NCBI GenBank assembly: GCA_965219415.1
Contig: CBDCNP010000002.1
Span: forward strand, 2,688,001 to 2,752,000
Direction: 5' to 3'
Origin: Candidatus Marinacidobacterales bacterium
Lineage (GTDB): Bacteria > Acidobacteriota > Vicinamibacteria > Marinacidobacterales > DATDRI01
DNA: 64,000 nt
Made by a program: the position numbers and the translations under genes. Below the pieces are notes generated by a model. It was not told the DNA's origin and searched no databases. It saw nothing but the letters and a program-made list of their open reading frames with translations. Each line of letters begins with the position of its first letter. Position 1 is the first letter of the stretch. Shown piece by piece: positions 39,916 through 50,388 of the stretch.

Positions 39916-42599
39916 TCAGTTCGCCCCCGTAAGACGCTTCAACTCCTCGAACCAATTCAATGTGATGTGGATCTCGGTCGGGGACGGATCCTCGCCGGTG
40001 TCGATCATTATCAAGAATCGCTCTCCATCGGGTGAGATGTCGTAGCCGACGACTCCCTGTCCGACCGTCTCGATGCTCGTCAGATGTTGTCGCGGCATGT
40101 CGACCAAGGGCCGTGGGCTCTCGGCGAGAAGCTTCCCCCCATCGAGTCGGTAAGACACCACCATCAGTGTGTCTCCGAGAACGTAAAAGAGCTCGTTCGC
40201 GGTCGGCGACCACAGCGGATTGTTTCCCCCGTCTGGAGAAATCCTGACCCGGGCTCCTCCACCGAGTACCGGCTGCGCATACACTTCCGATCGCCCCGAG
40301 ACGGGCGAGTCGTATGCCAGCCATACGCCGTCCCGAGAAGAAAGACGGATTGCTATCGTCGAAGGGTGTCTTGATGGCGGGTATCGGGCTCGATGTCGTT
40401 CCCAGCTCGGCTAACCAGATGTCCTCGCCGGTCTCGACCGCGTAATCGATGAAGGCGAGCCATCTCCCGTCGCGCGAGAGCGCGGCCGCCCCTTCATCTT
40501 TGTCGCTACCGAGGATCGTTTCCTCGGTGCCGAAGACGTCGATGGGCTTCGAGACTACATCGAAGAGACCGCGGCGCGAGGAGCTGAAAATCAAGCGCGA
40601 GCCGTCCGGGCTCCAAAGCGGTGAGGACGCGTTCGACTCTCGGGTCAGCTTCTCCTGGGTGCCCCGCTCCAAATCGTAGATCCAAATGTCGAGGCTCCCC
40701 TCGTCGAGCCGGGCCACCGCCACACGCCGGCCCTCCGGAGAAATTCGAAATTCCCGGATCGCCGCCGAGTCGAACGGCAGCCGTTCGACCTTTCCATCCC
40801 GACCCAGCCAGGCCAGGGCGCTCCTCCGATAGTAGGCCCTTCCGGGAATCGTGACGAGGGCGCCTGCATCGGAGACCGCGTAATAACGTCCTACGGAGCC
40901 CGTCACTCCCGGAGTCTTCGTATTCTCGAGTACCGGAACCGCCGGACCCGTGACCTCTAGGCGGGAGAGATCGAAGGGTGCCACCTGGTAGATTCCGGAT
41001 GTGTAATAGACGATGTCGCCACTCGCCGCATAACGCGCCTGCGCCCCCTGGAACAAATGCCGCCAAGCGCCCGACTCGGTGTCGAGGGCCGCGATACGAG
41101 ACTTGCTGAGAGAGCCCTCGTTCGTCCAAATCGTGAAAAGGACGGTACGACCATCCGGCAGAAACTCGGGCCACCAGTGTCCGACCTCTTCCCTTTCGCC
41201 GTCGGGTGTCGTCACCTCGGTGGGTTCACCTCCTTCTGCCGGAACCTTGACCAAACCGGAAATCCAGTTCGGGGAGAACCAGATCGTGCCGTCCGGTGCC
41301 CACTCTCCACCGGGGCCGCCGATGTAGGCTTCACAGATTTCGATCGGTGCCCCACCCCGAACCGAAACCCTCTTGAGCTTGTCGCCTGCGAAAAAGCCCA
41401 CCCAGAGGCCGTCGGGCGAGAAGAAGGGAGACATAGCCCCTTCCGTTCCAGGGAGAGGCCGTGAGTCGAGCTCGCCGATCTCCCGCAAGTAGAGCCGACG
41501 CCCGGCATCGTTCTCGCCTAGGTAGACCACGGTATCGCCATCCGACGAGATGATGGGGTCCGAAAGCTCGAGCGGCGGGTCTTCCCGAGGCGGTGTGATG
41601 ACGAACCGCTGCGGCTGGCCCGTGACGGTGGACTCCGGGCTCCAAAAAGCAATGGTCAAACCCAAGCCGATAATGAGACCCACAAGCCCGCCCACGAGGA
41701 GCCCCCGCCGAGAGGATGGCGCCGGTTCGCCGGTCTCGGGTGGCATCGTGTCCTCCCCGAGCTCGATGCGGGCGTCAGCGATGTCATGAAGACGAAGGCC
41801 AGCATCTTTCGAAAGGCAGCGGCGGAGCACGTCCTGAACCCGCCAAGGCGTCGCGGCCGGCAAGGCATCCCACGGCGCCTCCTTGTGGATCACGTTTGCC
41901 AGGACGTCGGTGACCGAGTCACCGTCGAAGGCTTTCCGGCCCGCCAGGGCCTCGAACAACACGCATCCGAACGCCCAGATGTCGGTGCGCTTGTCGACGG
42001 TTTTTCCTCTCGCCTGCTCCGGGCTCATGTAGGACGCCGTGCCCATAATGACGCCGGCTCTCGTGGCATCTCGTGTCAACGTGGGCGAGTGGGAGAGGTC
42101 GGTCGCCGGATTGTCATCGGCAAAGGCCTTTGCGAGGCCGAGGTCGAGAACCTTGGTCTTCCCCTCCGGCGTGACTTTGATGTTCGCGGGTTTCAAGTCG
42201 CGATGGATGACACCGGCCGCGTGCGCGGCTTCGAGCGCTTCGGCGATTTGCTGAAACAGTGGAAGGGCCTCCTCGGAACGAATCGGCACGCGGGCGAAGC
42301 GATCGGCGAGGGTCTCTCCCGGGACGAGCTCCATCACGAGAAAGGTTGTCTTGTCCCACGTTCTCAAGGCCATAAAGCGTCGCGATGCCGGCATGGTTCA
42401 AAGAGGCGAGCACCCGCGCTTCTCTCTCGAAACGTGTAAGGCGCTCCTGGTCATGGCGGAATGCTTCGGGAAGCACCTTGACGGCCACCTCACGGCCGAG
42501 CTTCGCATCCTTCGCCCGATAGACCTCGCCCATCCCGCCCTTGCCGATGGGCTCGAGGATCTCGTAGTGGCCAAGTCGAGTGCCGGCACTAAGTGTCAT
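39916..42599 (-). CDS. Ser/Thr protein kinase with C-terminal TolB/PD40 beta-propeller (two frameshifts)
   Basis: GKGGMGEVY, VAVK, HRDLKPAN, YMSPEQ, one TM, repeated SPDG motifs. Confidence 0.9.
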
Positions 42600-42663
42600 G
42601 GGGAACCTCTTCTGGCCTCGGCGGAAATCTCGCCCGGGCAAGATTTGTTGGGCGGCAAATCAC

Positions 42664-43305
42664 TCACTCCGGCGGATAAAAACCCTTCAGCTTTTGATAG
42701 AGGCGGGTGGTGGCCAGGCAATCCGCGAGACAGTAGCGACCGATCTCGTCGTGTCTCCCCTCCTCAAAGGCCTGACCGACCTGCGATCCATCGAGCTCGG
42801 CCTTGGGAGAAGGAATGCCAAAGACAGCACAGAAATAATCGAGAGTCCCCCGCCGATGGCGCTCATTACCGGCCAAGACCTCGCGGATATCGAAGTGGGG
42901 GCTTGTTTTGAAACGACGGATCGGCAGCGGAATACTAGGCGGTATCTCGAGGACGGCACTCCGGATGTTTATGTAGGGGAAGTCGAAGCTCTTGCCGGCG
43001 AACGTGACGAAGAGCTCAGGCCGATTTCGTTCGAGATACTCCCAGAAAGAAGTCAGGATCACTCTCTCGTCGGTCCCGTAATAAGCCTCTTTCGTCTCGC
43101 TCTCCGCGTCCATTAGACCGATGCAGACGATGCGGCCGGTGGTCGGGTCGAGCCCGAACCGGTCGATCATTTCCTTCTTGCGCGACTCGATCTCCTCCTC
43201 GTCCCCCTCCTGGCGACGGAGGCTACGGAAAAGGATGTCGAGCGCGCGGTGTGGAATGTCTTCCACTCCCTGCCCGACCGTCTCGATGTCGACGACGAGT
43301 ACCAT
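42664..43305 (-). CDS. PolB-like 3'-5' exonuclease (DEDDy, RNase H fold)
   Basis: VDIET, TFAGKSFDFPY, HFD, YCLAD. Confidence 0.85.
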   Translation of the reverse strand: MVLVVDIETVGQGVEDIPHRALDILFRSLRRQEGDEEEIESRKKEMIDRFGLDPTTGRIVCIGLMDAESETKEAYYGTDERVILTSFWEYLERNRPELFVTFAGKSFDFPYINIRSAVLEIPPSIPLPIRRFKTSPHFDIREVLAGNERHRRGTLDYFCAVFGIPSPKAELDGSQVGQAFEEGRHDEIGRYCLADCLATTRLYQKLKGFYPPE

Positions 43306-43306
43306 A

Positions 43307-46150
43307 TCAGAGCAACCCTGCAGCTCGAGCGACGATCTCGACCGGATGATAGGCGCGACGCCCGGTTCCATCCTGGATCTGGTGACGACAGGAAGTTCCC
43401 GGTGCAGCCAGGACCGTCTCGGGCGCTGCCCGTCGCACCGCAGGCAAAAGCCTGCGCCCCGCCATCTCCAACGAGATATCGAAATGCTCGCGCTCGTAGC
43501 CGAAAGACCCCGCCATCCCACAGCAGCCAGAATCGACGACCTCGACGCGGGAGCCCGTCTGCTCCAAAAACCTCACCAAGGGATCGGTACCGGAGAGCGC
43601 CTTCTGATGGCAATGACCGTGAACCAAAACATGAGGCGGCGGCGCGGGGAAGTTGATCTCCACTCCCGGCAAGAATTCCTCGATCAAGAAGCTTCTCTTC
43701 GCGATCGCTTCCGACTCCGGCCCGGGAACTAGATCCGGATATTCGTCGCGAAGACTAAGAAGACACGAGGGCTCACAGCCCACGATGGCGTAGCCCTGCT
43801 GCACATAAGGATACAGAATCTCAACATTGGCTCGCGCCAGCGAGCGCGCCTCGGTCAGCATACCCTTCGAGATGGCGGGGCGGCCGCAGCAGCGCTTGGG
43901 GACCAAGAGCACGTCGAAGCCCGCCGCCTCGAGCAGCCGTGTGGCCGCTACTCCGACCTCGGGATCGTTGTAGTTCATGAAGGTGTCGTGGAACAAGACG
44001 ACTCGCCAGCGGCGGCGACCGGTGGGCGGCTCGCGATTCACGAACCAGTCGGAAAAGGTCTGCCGTGCGTAGGGTGGGATCGTTCGACGGCGATCGATGC
44101 CGCCCCAACGCTCGAGGGCCCAGCGGAACCACGAGTTTCGCGTGACCCAGTTGGATACCGGGGTCGCCGCGACACCGAGCCTCCCCGCCGTGTCCACAGA
44201 GCTGAACATATGGTCGCGAAGCGGGTGAGGATGTTTGTCGTGATAAATGGCGAGATACTCCGACTTGATCCGGGCCATGTCCACGTTGGAGGGACACTCG
44301 GCTTTGCACCCTTTACAAGAAATACAGAGATCCATGACCTCGTAGAGCCGCTCGCCGGTGAGCTCCTCCGGTTCCAACCTTCCGTCGAGGACCGCTCGCA
44401 AAGCGTTGGCGCGACCGCGCGTGGAGTGTTCTTCTTCTTGAGTCACCATGTAGGAAGGACACATCGTTCCTTCGAGCTTCTTCCGGCAGACTCCGGCACC
44501 GTTACAAAGTTCCACCGCGCGCGCGAAACCGCCTTCCTTTCGGTAGGGAAAAAACGTGGACAGGTCCATGGTCTGATAAGAAGATCCGTAGCGAAGGTTC
44601 TCCGTCATCGACGGGGCTTCGACTACCTTTCCGGGGTTCATGATGCCCTGGGGGTCGAACGCCGCCTTGAGCTTCCGGAAAGCTTCATAGAGCTTCGGTC
44701 CGAACATCTTCTCGTTGAACTGGCTGCGCGCCAAACCGTCGCCATGCTCGCCGCTCATGGCGCCCCCGAACTCCAGAACCAAATCGCTGACGTCCTCCGC
44801 GAGACGGTGCATCTTTTGAATCTCGGAACCCTCCTTGAGGTTGATGAGAGGACGTATGTGGAGACAACCCGCACCGGCGTGCGCATAAAAGGAGCCCACG
44901 GTTTGGCTATCCTCGAGGAGCTCGTTGAAGCGACGGATGTAATCGGAGAGCTGCTCCGGGGCAACGGCCGTGTCCTCAACGAAGGCAATCGGTTTGTGAT
45001 CACCGGGAAGCCCCAACAAGAGCGGGAGGGCGGCCTTCCTAACCTTCCAAACATTTGCCTGCTCCGCCACGTCCAGGACGCGCACCACGGCCTGTGCTTG
45101 CTTGCCGAGGCGTGACTCCAGTTCGCCAAGCTTGGAAACGACCTCGCTCTTCGATTCGCCGTAAAACTCCACGATGATGAGAGCCTGGGGATCTCCTTCG
45201 ACGAAACGTAGCCGGCGAGAGTACTCGAGGGACTCCCTCGCGAGCTCCAACACCATGTGGTCTACGAGCTCCACCGCCGAGGGCTCGAGCGCCAGGGCCT
45301 CGAAGGCCGTCTCGAGCGCCGGCAAGAGGGCGTCGAAGTGTAAAACCGCGAGACCGGTGGCGGCGGGAAGGGGCACGACTTCGAGCTTCGCTTCGATGAC
45401 AGTGGCCAGCGTACCTTCCGAGCCCACGATCAACTTGGCCAGATTGATCTCGTCCGGATCGAGGAGCTCGTCCAGGTTGTAGCCGCTCACCCGACGCGGT
45501 ATGCGAGGATAGTGTTCTTCGATCTCGCTGCGATACTCCTCCGCCAACGAAAGTGCGGCGCGATAGATCTGCGCCTCCAAACTGTCCCCCTTGGTTTTCG
45601 ACTCTAGATTCTGCCGCCAGACAGGACCGAATACGGCCTCTGAGCCATCGGCGAGAATCGCTGTCACCTCGAGGACGTTGTCGACGGTCTTACCATAAAT
45701 GAGGGAGCGTGCTCCGGCGGAATTGTTTCCAATCATCCCGCCCAGGTTGGCCCGGTTGCTGGTGGCGGTCTCCGGCCCGAAGCGAGCTCCGTGAAGCTTG
45801 AGGTAGGCCCCGAGCCCGTCCTGCACGATGCCGGGCTGGACGGTGACCGAGCGTTCCGCCATGGAAAGCTCCAGAACGCGGTTCATGTACTTGGAGAGGT
45901 CGAGAACGACCGCTTCACCTACTGCCTGCCCGGCGAGCGAAGTGCCTCCGCCCCGAGGCAGAATCGGGACCCCCGCTTGGGCGGCGAGCCGGACCGTCTG
46001 TTCGACATCGTCGCGATGTTTGGGTATGACCACGCCGAGCGGCTCAACCTGATAAATACTGGCATCGGTGGAGTAAAGCAGTCGAGTATATCGATCGAAG
46101 CGAACTTCCCCATCGATCCGACCTTCGAGCTGCAGTGCCAAATCCGACAT
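43307..46150 (-). CDS. FAD-binding, 4Fe-4S and CCG-domain oxidoreductase (YdiJ-like)
   Basis: YSTDAS, RGGGTS, GSEGTL, SGEHGDG, CNGAGVC, CISCKGCKAECP, CCG motifs. Confidence 0.92.
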   Translation of the reverse strand: MSDLALQLEGRIDGEVRFDRYTRLLYSTDASIYQVEPLGVVIPKHRDDVEQTVRLAAQAGVPILPRGGGTSLAGQAVGEAVVLDLSKYMNRVLELSMAERSVTVQPGIVQDGLGAYLKLHGARFGPETATSNRANLGGMIGNNSAGARSLIYGKTVDNVLEVTAILADGSEAVFGPVWRQNLESKTKGDSLEAQIYRAALSLAEEYRSEIEEHYPRIPRRVSGYNLDELLDPDEINLAKLIVGSEGTLATVIEAKLEVVPLPAATGLAVLHFDALLPALETAFEALALEPSAVELVDHMVLELARESLEYSRRLRFVEGDPQALIIVEFYGESKSEVVSKLGELESRLGKQAQAVVRVLDVAEQANVWKVRKAALPLLLGLPGDHKPIAFVEDTAVAPEQLSDYIRRFNELLEDSQTVGSFYAHAGAGCLHIRPLINLKEGSEIQKMHRLAEDVSDLVLEFGGAMSGEHGDGLARSQFNEKMFGPKLYEAFRKLKAAFDPQGIMNPGKVVEAPSMTENLRYGSSYQTMDLSTFFPYRKEGGFARAVELCNGAGVCRKKLEGTMCPSYMVTQEEEHSTRGRANALRAVLDGRLEPEELTGERLYEVMDLCISCKGCKAECPSNVDMARIKSEYLAIYHDKHPHPLRDHMFSSVDTAGRLGVAATPVSNWVTRNSWFRWALERWGGIDRRRTIPPYARQTFSDWFVNREPPTGRRRWRVVLFHDTFMNYNDPEVGVAATRLLEAAGFDVLLVPKRCCGRPAISKGMLTEARSLARANVEILYPYVQQGYAIVGCEPSCLLSLRDEYPDLVPGPESEAIAKRSFLIEEFLPGVEINFPAPPPHVLVHGHCHQKALSGTDPLVRFLEQTGSRVEVVDSGCCGMAGSFGYEREHFDISLEMAGRRLLPAVRRAAPETVLAAPGTSCRHQIQDGTGRRAYHPVEIVARAAGLL

Positions 46151-46256
46151 AGTCGGGCATTCTCACACGCGCGCCCGCGCGTGTTCAACCTGTTTGGCTG
46201 ACCCAAGCCGACCCAACCTGATCACGCCGGTCTTTTGTGCTAGTGTCAGGGCCGAT

Positions 46257-47255
46257 ATGAAGTCGACGCTCGGAGCCTGCTTTTCGGTAATCGCTCTCGC
46301 CGCTCTGGTCTCTCTGGCGTGGGGATGCGGCCAACGTTCGAGTGACGATCAGATCGTCATCCGGCTGGGTCATATAGGATTTCCCGACTCGCCCTTCGAC
46401 CACGGGTGTCGCAAGTTCAAGGAGCTTCTCGAAGAGAGGCTTGCTGACAAGGTGGAAGTCCGAATCTACGGTTCGGCCCAGCTCGGTAAGGACAAAGAGA
46501 TGCTAGAGGGTCTGCGCTTGGGTACACTCGAGATGCACGTGCCTTCGTCGGTCCTTCACGCGGTGGAGCCGATGTTCGGGCTCTTCGATCTACCTTTTCT
46601 CATCGAAGAGCGTGCTCAAATGGAACAGATCGCGGAAGGACCGGTCGGTGAAGAGCTAACCGCCAAACTTCTGGAGCAGGGCATCGTGCTGCTTGGGTTT
46701 TGGGAAAACGGATTCCGCATGATCACCAACAACGTTCGACCCATCGTAAAGCCTCAGGATCTGTCGGGGATCAAACTGCGAACTCCCAAGGATCCCGAGC
46801 GCGTCCGGCTCTTTAGCGCTTTTGGCGCCAACCCCACCTCGATGAGCTTCGGAGAAGTCTTCTCCGCCCTCAAACAAGGGGTCATCGATGGCCAGGAAAA
46901 CCCACTCTCTCAGATAGTGCCCTCGAGATTTTACGAAGTGCAGAAGTTCCTTTCCATCTCCCGTCACGTTTACTCGCCGGCTTACCCGATTATGAGTCAG
47001 GCGTACTTCGAATCGCTGCCGGACGACGTCCGAACCGCGGTTCGGGAAGTAGCAGTGGAGGTGGGCCGCTATCATCGCCGACTCGGTGAGACGGAAGACG
47101 AGCGACACCTGATCTTCCTCGAGGAGCGTTTGCAGATCGACACCATCGACCGCGGAGCTTTCGAAGCGGCAGGTGTTCCGCTCTATGAGCACTACAAGGA
47201 ACGGTTTGGCGACGGCCTCGTCGAGGCTGCCCGAAGTTATCACTCCACACCCTAG
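46257..47255 (+). CDS. dctP: TRAP transporter substrate-binding protein
   Basis: Lipoprotein-like signal, ENGFR, KLRT, GVIDGQENP. Confidence 0.92.
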   Translation: MKSTLGACFSVIALAALVSLAWGCGQRSSDDQIVIRLGHIGFPDSPFDHGCRKFKELLEERLADKVEVRIYGSAQLGKDKEMLEGLRLGTLEMHVPSSVLHAVEPMFGLFDLPFLIEERAQMEQIAEGPVGEELTAKLLEQGIVLLGFWENGFRMITNNVRPIVKPQDLSGIKLRTPKDPERVRLFSAFGANPTSMSFGEVFSALKQGVIDGQENPLSQIVPSRFYEVQKFLSISRHVYSPAYPIMSQAYFESLPDDVRTAVREVAVEVGRYHRRLGETEDERHLIFLEERLQIDTIDRGAFEAAGVPLYEHYKERFGDGLVEAARSYHSTP

Positions 47256-47269
47256 AATTTCGAGATCCT

Positions 47270-47758
47270 ATGCCCCCGCGTTTTGCCGAGCGGCTTGACC
47301 GCGGTATCCGCCGCCTTCTCGAGACTACGTTGTTGGTCATTCTTTCGGCGATGGCGGTCATCTGCTTCGTCGAGGTCGTCCTTCGCTACGGCCTAGGTAT
47401 GAGTTTTGGCTGGTACGATGAGTTCACCGGCTACTTGCTGGTCTGGCTCACGTTCCTGGGCGCGGTGGCCGCCCAACAGGACGGCAGGCACATCGGTCTA
47501 GGCGGCGTCGCCGAGCGGCTCGGCCCTCGTGGCCAACGGCTCGCCGCTCTTTGCACGCACGGGCTCATGATCGCTCTGCATCTACTTCTTCTCTCCTACG
47601 GTGGCCTTCTTGCGGTCCGTTTCCTTTCCGACCGTGCCATTACGCTGCCAGTTCCGATGGGCATCATCTATATCGTCATTCCGTTCTCTGCGCTTCTGAT
47701 GCTGGGGGTCGAGGTCATCCAGCTGGGACGCACCCTCCAAACCGAACCCGATAGCTAA
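47270..47758 (+). CDS. dctQ: TRAP transporter small permease
   Basis: Four TM; VVLRY, WYDE, WLTFLG, HI. Confidence 0.9.
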   Translation: MPPRFAERLDRGIRRLLETTLLVILSAMAVICFVEVVLRYGLGMSFGWYDEFTGYLLVWLTFLGAVAAQQDGRHIGLGGVAERLGPRGQRLAALCTHGLMIALHLLLLSYGGLLAVRFLSDRAITLPVPMGIIYIVIPFSALLMLGVEVIQLGRTLQTEPDS

Positions 47759-49035
47759 TGGAACTCATACTCCTCGTTGTCATCGCGCTCTTGGCCCTGG
47801 TTGGCCTCCCCATCGGCTATGTTCTGATAGCCGCGAGCACCATTCTGATTGCACTTACCACGAGCACGCCCCTGGTCGTGGTGCCACACCGCCTCTTCAA
47901 CGGCACCGACAGCTTTCCCATGGTGGCGGTGCCGCTTTTCATCCTCGCCGGCTCTCTGATGAATCGAGCCGGCATCTCTCATCGTTTGGTGGAGCTTGCT
48001 AACAGCCTGGTTGGATTCATAAGAGGCGGGCTGGCCATGACTACTACGGTCTCCAGTATGTTCTTCTCCGAGGTATCGGGCTCCGCGGTGGCGGATGCCG
48101 CAGCCTTGGGGAGCGTACTCATTCCCGCCATGAAGGAAAGGGGCTATCCTGCGCGCTTCGCCGCCGCAGTCCTTTCGTCATCGGCCACCATCGCGATCAT
48201 CATTCCACCTTCGATTCCCATGATTCTTTACGGAGCGATCACCGGCTCGTCGATCGTGAAACTGTTCATAGCCGGCGTAGCACCGGGAGTTTTGTGTGGC
48301 GTGGCGATCATGTTGACCAGCTACTGGCTCACCCGCCGCGGGGGGTTTGCCGAATCGGAGCCGTTTGAGTTGAAGCGAGTCTCGAAAGGTCTCCGCCGGG
48401 CGTTTCTGGCGCTAGCCCTGCCTCTCGTGATCTTGGGAGGGATTTTCGCAGGCGTCTTCACGGCAACAGAGGCGGCTGCCGTAGCGGTCGTCCTAGCCTT
48501 AGGGTTGGGATTCTTTGTTTATCGTTCCCTCGAGAGAAAAGACCTGAGGCCCATTATCGTGGACGCCGCAGGACAGACCGCGGTGGTCATGATCTTGGTT
48601 GCGGGTTCGGCGGTTCTGGGCTGGTACCTGGCCAACCAGCAAGTGCCCGAGAGGTTGGCCTCATTCACGCTCGCCCACGTCGAAGGGAAAACCGGCGCCC
48701 TCCTTCTTATCGACGGCCTGTGGCTGGTGGCTGGAATGATCCTCCACAGCGCCGCCGCGATCGTTCTTCTCGTTCCTATCCTCTTGCCGCTAACCACGGA
48801 GTTGGGAATCGATCCCATTCACTTCGGCCTCATGGTCACGGTCAGCTTGGCCATCGGCCAGCAAACCCCACCGGTGGCTTCGGTGCTCATTACCACGTGC
48901 TCGATTGCAAAAGTGCCGATGGGTGAGGTCATGCGGGTGAACATCTACTTCATTCTCGCGATGCTCGCGGTGCTGCTGCTGGTGACGTTCTTCCCCCAGT
49001 TGAGCCTGTGGCTCCCTTCATTGATTTCCCCATAG
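47758..49035 (+). CDS. dctM: TRAP transporter large permease
   Basis: AVPLFILAG, SGSAVAD, IIPPSIP, FTATEAA, GIDPIHFG, TPPV. Confidence 0.93.
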   Translation: MELILLVVIALLALVGLPIGYVLIAASTILIALTTSTPLVVVPHRLFNGTDSFPMVAVPLFILAGSLMNRAGISHRLVELANSLVGFIRGGLAMTTTVSSMFFSEVSGSAVADAAALGSVLIPAMKERGYPARFAAAVLSSSATIAIIIPPSIPMILYGAITGSSIVKLFIAGVAPGVLCGVAIMLTSYWLTRRGGFAESEPFELKRVSKGLRRAFLALALPLVILGGIFAGVFTATEAAAVAVVLALGLGFFVYRSLERKDLRPIIVDAAGQTAVVMILVAGSAVLGWYLANQQVPERLASFTLAHVEGKTGALLLIDGLWLVAGMILHSAAAIVLLVPILLPLTTELGIDPIHFGLMVTVSLAIGQQTPPVASVLITTCSIAKVPMGEVMRVNIYFILAMLAVLLLVTFFPQLSLWLPSLISP

Positions 49036-49051
49036 AGAAAAAGGCAAGAGA

Positions 49052-49160
49052 AATGGTCTCTTCTTCCTTTATACCCTCTCCCTTCCGCCTTCGCTGAAGC
49101 TTCGGCGGACCCGCCGAAGTTCTCTGGAAAAAAGCGGACGAAGGCGGGTTGGGAGAGTTG
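49052..49160. repeat. ~110-bp composite palindromic repeat
   Basis: CCCTCTCCCTTCCGCCTTCGCTGAAGCTTCGGCGGACCCGCCGAAG...GAAGGCGGGTTGGGAGAG; inverted copy at 57371..57492. Confidence 0.8.
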
Positions 49161-49219
49161 GGCGTCAAAAGATGGCGTGCCGCACTCAACGTCGTCAGAC
49201 GCCGGGTGAGGGAACCTCG

Positions 49220-49522
49220 TTATCCCGTTTGATCCTTTCTCTCTAACATTGCAATCGTCGCTCCCCAGCCGCCACGGTCTGGGGAGGCTTCGCGGAAACT
49301 CGAGACCTTCGGATGCTTGGCGAGGACTCGGCGGACGACCTCTTTCTGGACGCCTTTCCCTCGGCCGTGGATTAGTCGGACTTCTTCGAATCCCTCCTCG
49401 ATCGCGGCTTCGAGATACGATTCCACTACGGAAGGGATGTCGCGAGGAGAAAAGGTATGGAGATCGAAGCTATCCTGCACCGGCACCGGTTCGGGAAAAA
49501 AATCATCGGTTTCGGACGCCAT
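49220..49522 (-). CDS. Stand-alone Smr domain protein
   Basis: DLHTF, LIHGRGKG, GGWGAT. Confidence 0.9.
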   Translation of the reverse strand: MASETDDFFPEPVPVQDSFDLHTFSPRDIPSVVESYLEAAIEEGFEEVRLIHGRGKGVQKEVVRRVLAKHPKVSSFREASPDRGGWGATIAMLERKDQTG

Positions 49523-49539
49523 AGGCGATCATCCTTTTT

Positions 49540-49637
49540 TGGCGGAAGTGCGTGGGAATCGAACCCACCGTCCCGAGGATTAGCCCGGAACCATCGGATT
49601 TGAAGTCCGTGGAGGCCACCAGACCCCAGTCACTTCC
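49540..49637 (-). tRNA. selC: tRNA-Sec(TCA)
   Basis: 98 nt; GGAAGTG/CACTTCC stem, anticodon loop CTTCAAA, long variable arm, GGTTCGATTCC, GCCA end. Confidence 0.95.
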
Positions 49638-50039
49638 CTCACTGCTAACACATTATATCAACGTAGGTTATCGAGTTCGGGTTTTTCGAGATCGGATTTT
49701 TCGGAATCGGCTGGACTTTCCCCGAACTTTGGAGCGCAATGAGCATGAATGGGTTGATTTTCTCTTGACGGTAGATGAACGTTTACGGCGGCATACCGGC
49801 GAGGCGTGTGGTGGTGCTATATGATCCAGCAGACCTCTCAACGCAACTTTGAAGAGCGCCCGATGGTGGCGAATTTTTCGGCCTGGACTGTATTACACAA
49901 TTTGGGTGGCGGGATTCTCGCATACGCGTATGGAATAACGATCCGCTAGACGAATAATCAAGGATTACACGATCCTTGATCCTTCACGCGGGTGTAAGCC
50001 GTTATACCAGTTTGGCTTACGGGGCAGAGCGAGGTTTGT

Positions 50040-50069
50040 TTGCGCGAAACGCGAGGGCGTGTCTAGAAT
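50040..50069 (+). promoter_or_regulatory. Putative sigma-70 promoter
   Basis: TTGCGC-N18-TAGAAT; predicted start near 50076. Confidence 0.5.
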
Positions 50070-50075
50070 GGACTC

Positions 50076-50200
50076 GGTGGGGCGAGGGGCCACACCTTAA
50101 ATAAAATGGAGACTGGGACCACAGATCGTTCTAAGAAGCGATCAAAACTCATCTAAAACTCACCGTTAGTTTTTCCTGCCGACTAATCCCTCGCCCCGCT
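50076..50200 (+). ncRNA. Candidate structured small RNA
   Basis: Closing stem GGGGCGAGGG/CCCTCGCCCC, two internal hairpins, A-rich linkers, promoter directly upstream. Confidence 0.45.
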
Positions 50201-50241
50201 ATTTCGTTTCTGCCGGTTGACTCCCAAACCATTTCGTCACC

Positions 50242-50270
50242 TTGACTTGGATCGCTTCATTGGCTACGAT
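50242..50270 (+). promoter_or_regulatory. Sigma-70 promoter for tRNA-Ala
   Basis: TTGACT-N17-TACGAT, 15 nt upstream of the tRNA. Confidence 0.6.
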
Positions 50271-50285
50271 TAGCTTTGTTTTGCG

Positions 50286-50361
50286 GGGGCTGTAGCGCAG
50301 TTGGGAGCGCGCGTGAATGGCATTCACGAGGTCACGGGTTCGATCCCCGTCAGCTCCACCA
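50286..50361 (+). tRNA. tRNA-Ala(GGC)
   Basis: GGGGCTG/CAGCTCC stem with G3.U70, GGC anticodon, GGTTCGATCCC, CCA. Confidence 0.97.
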
Positions 50362-50388
50362 ACTTTCTCACGTCCCGCGAGAAAGTTG

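Noticed and set aside
49638-49670. Possible dif site next to selC
   Set aside because: Poor match to the XerD arm TTATGTTAAAT; better explained as the selC -10 element.
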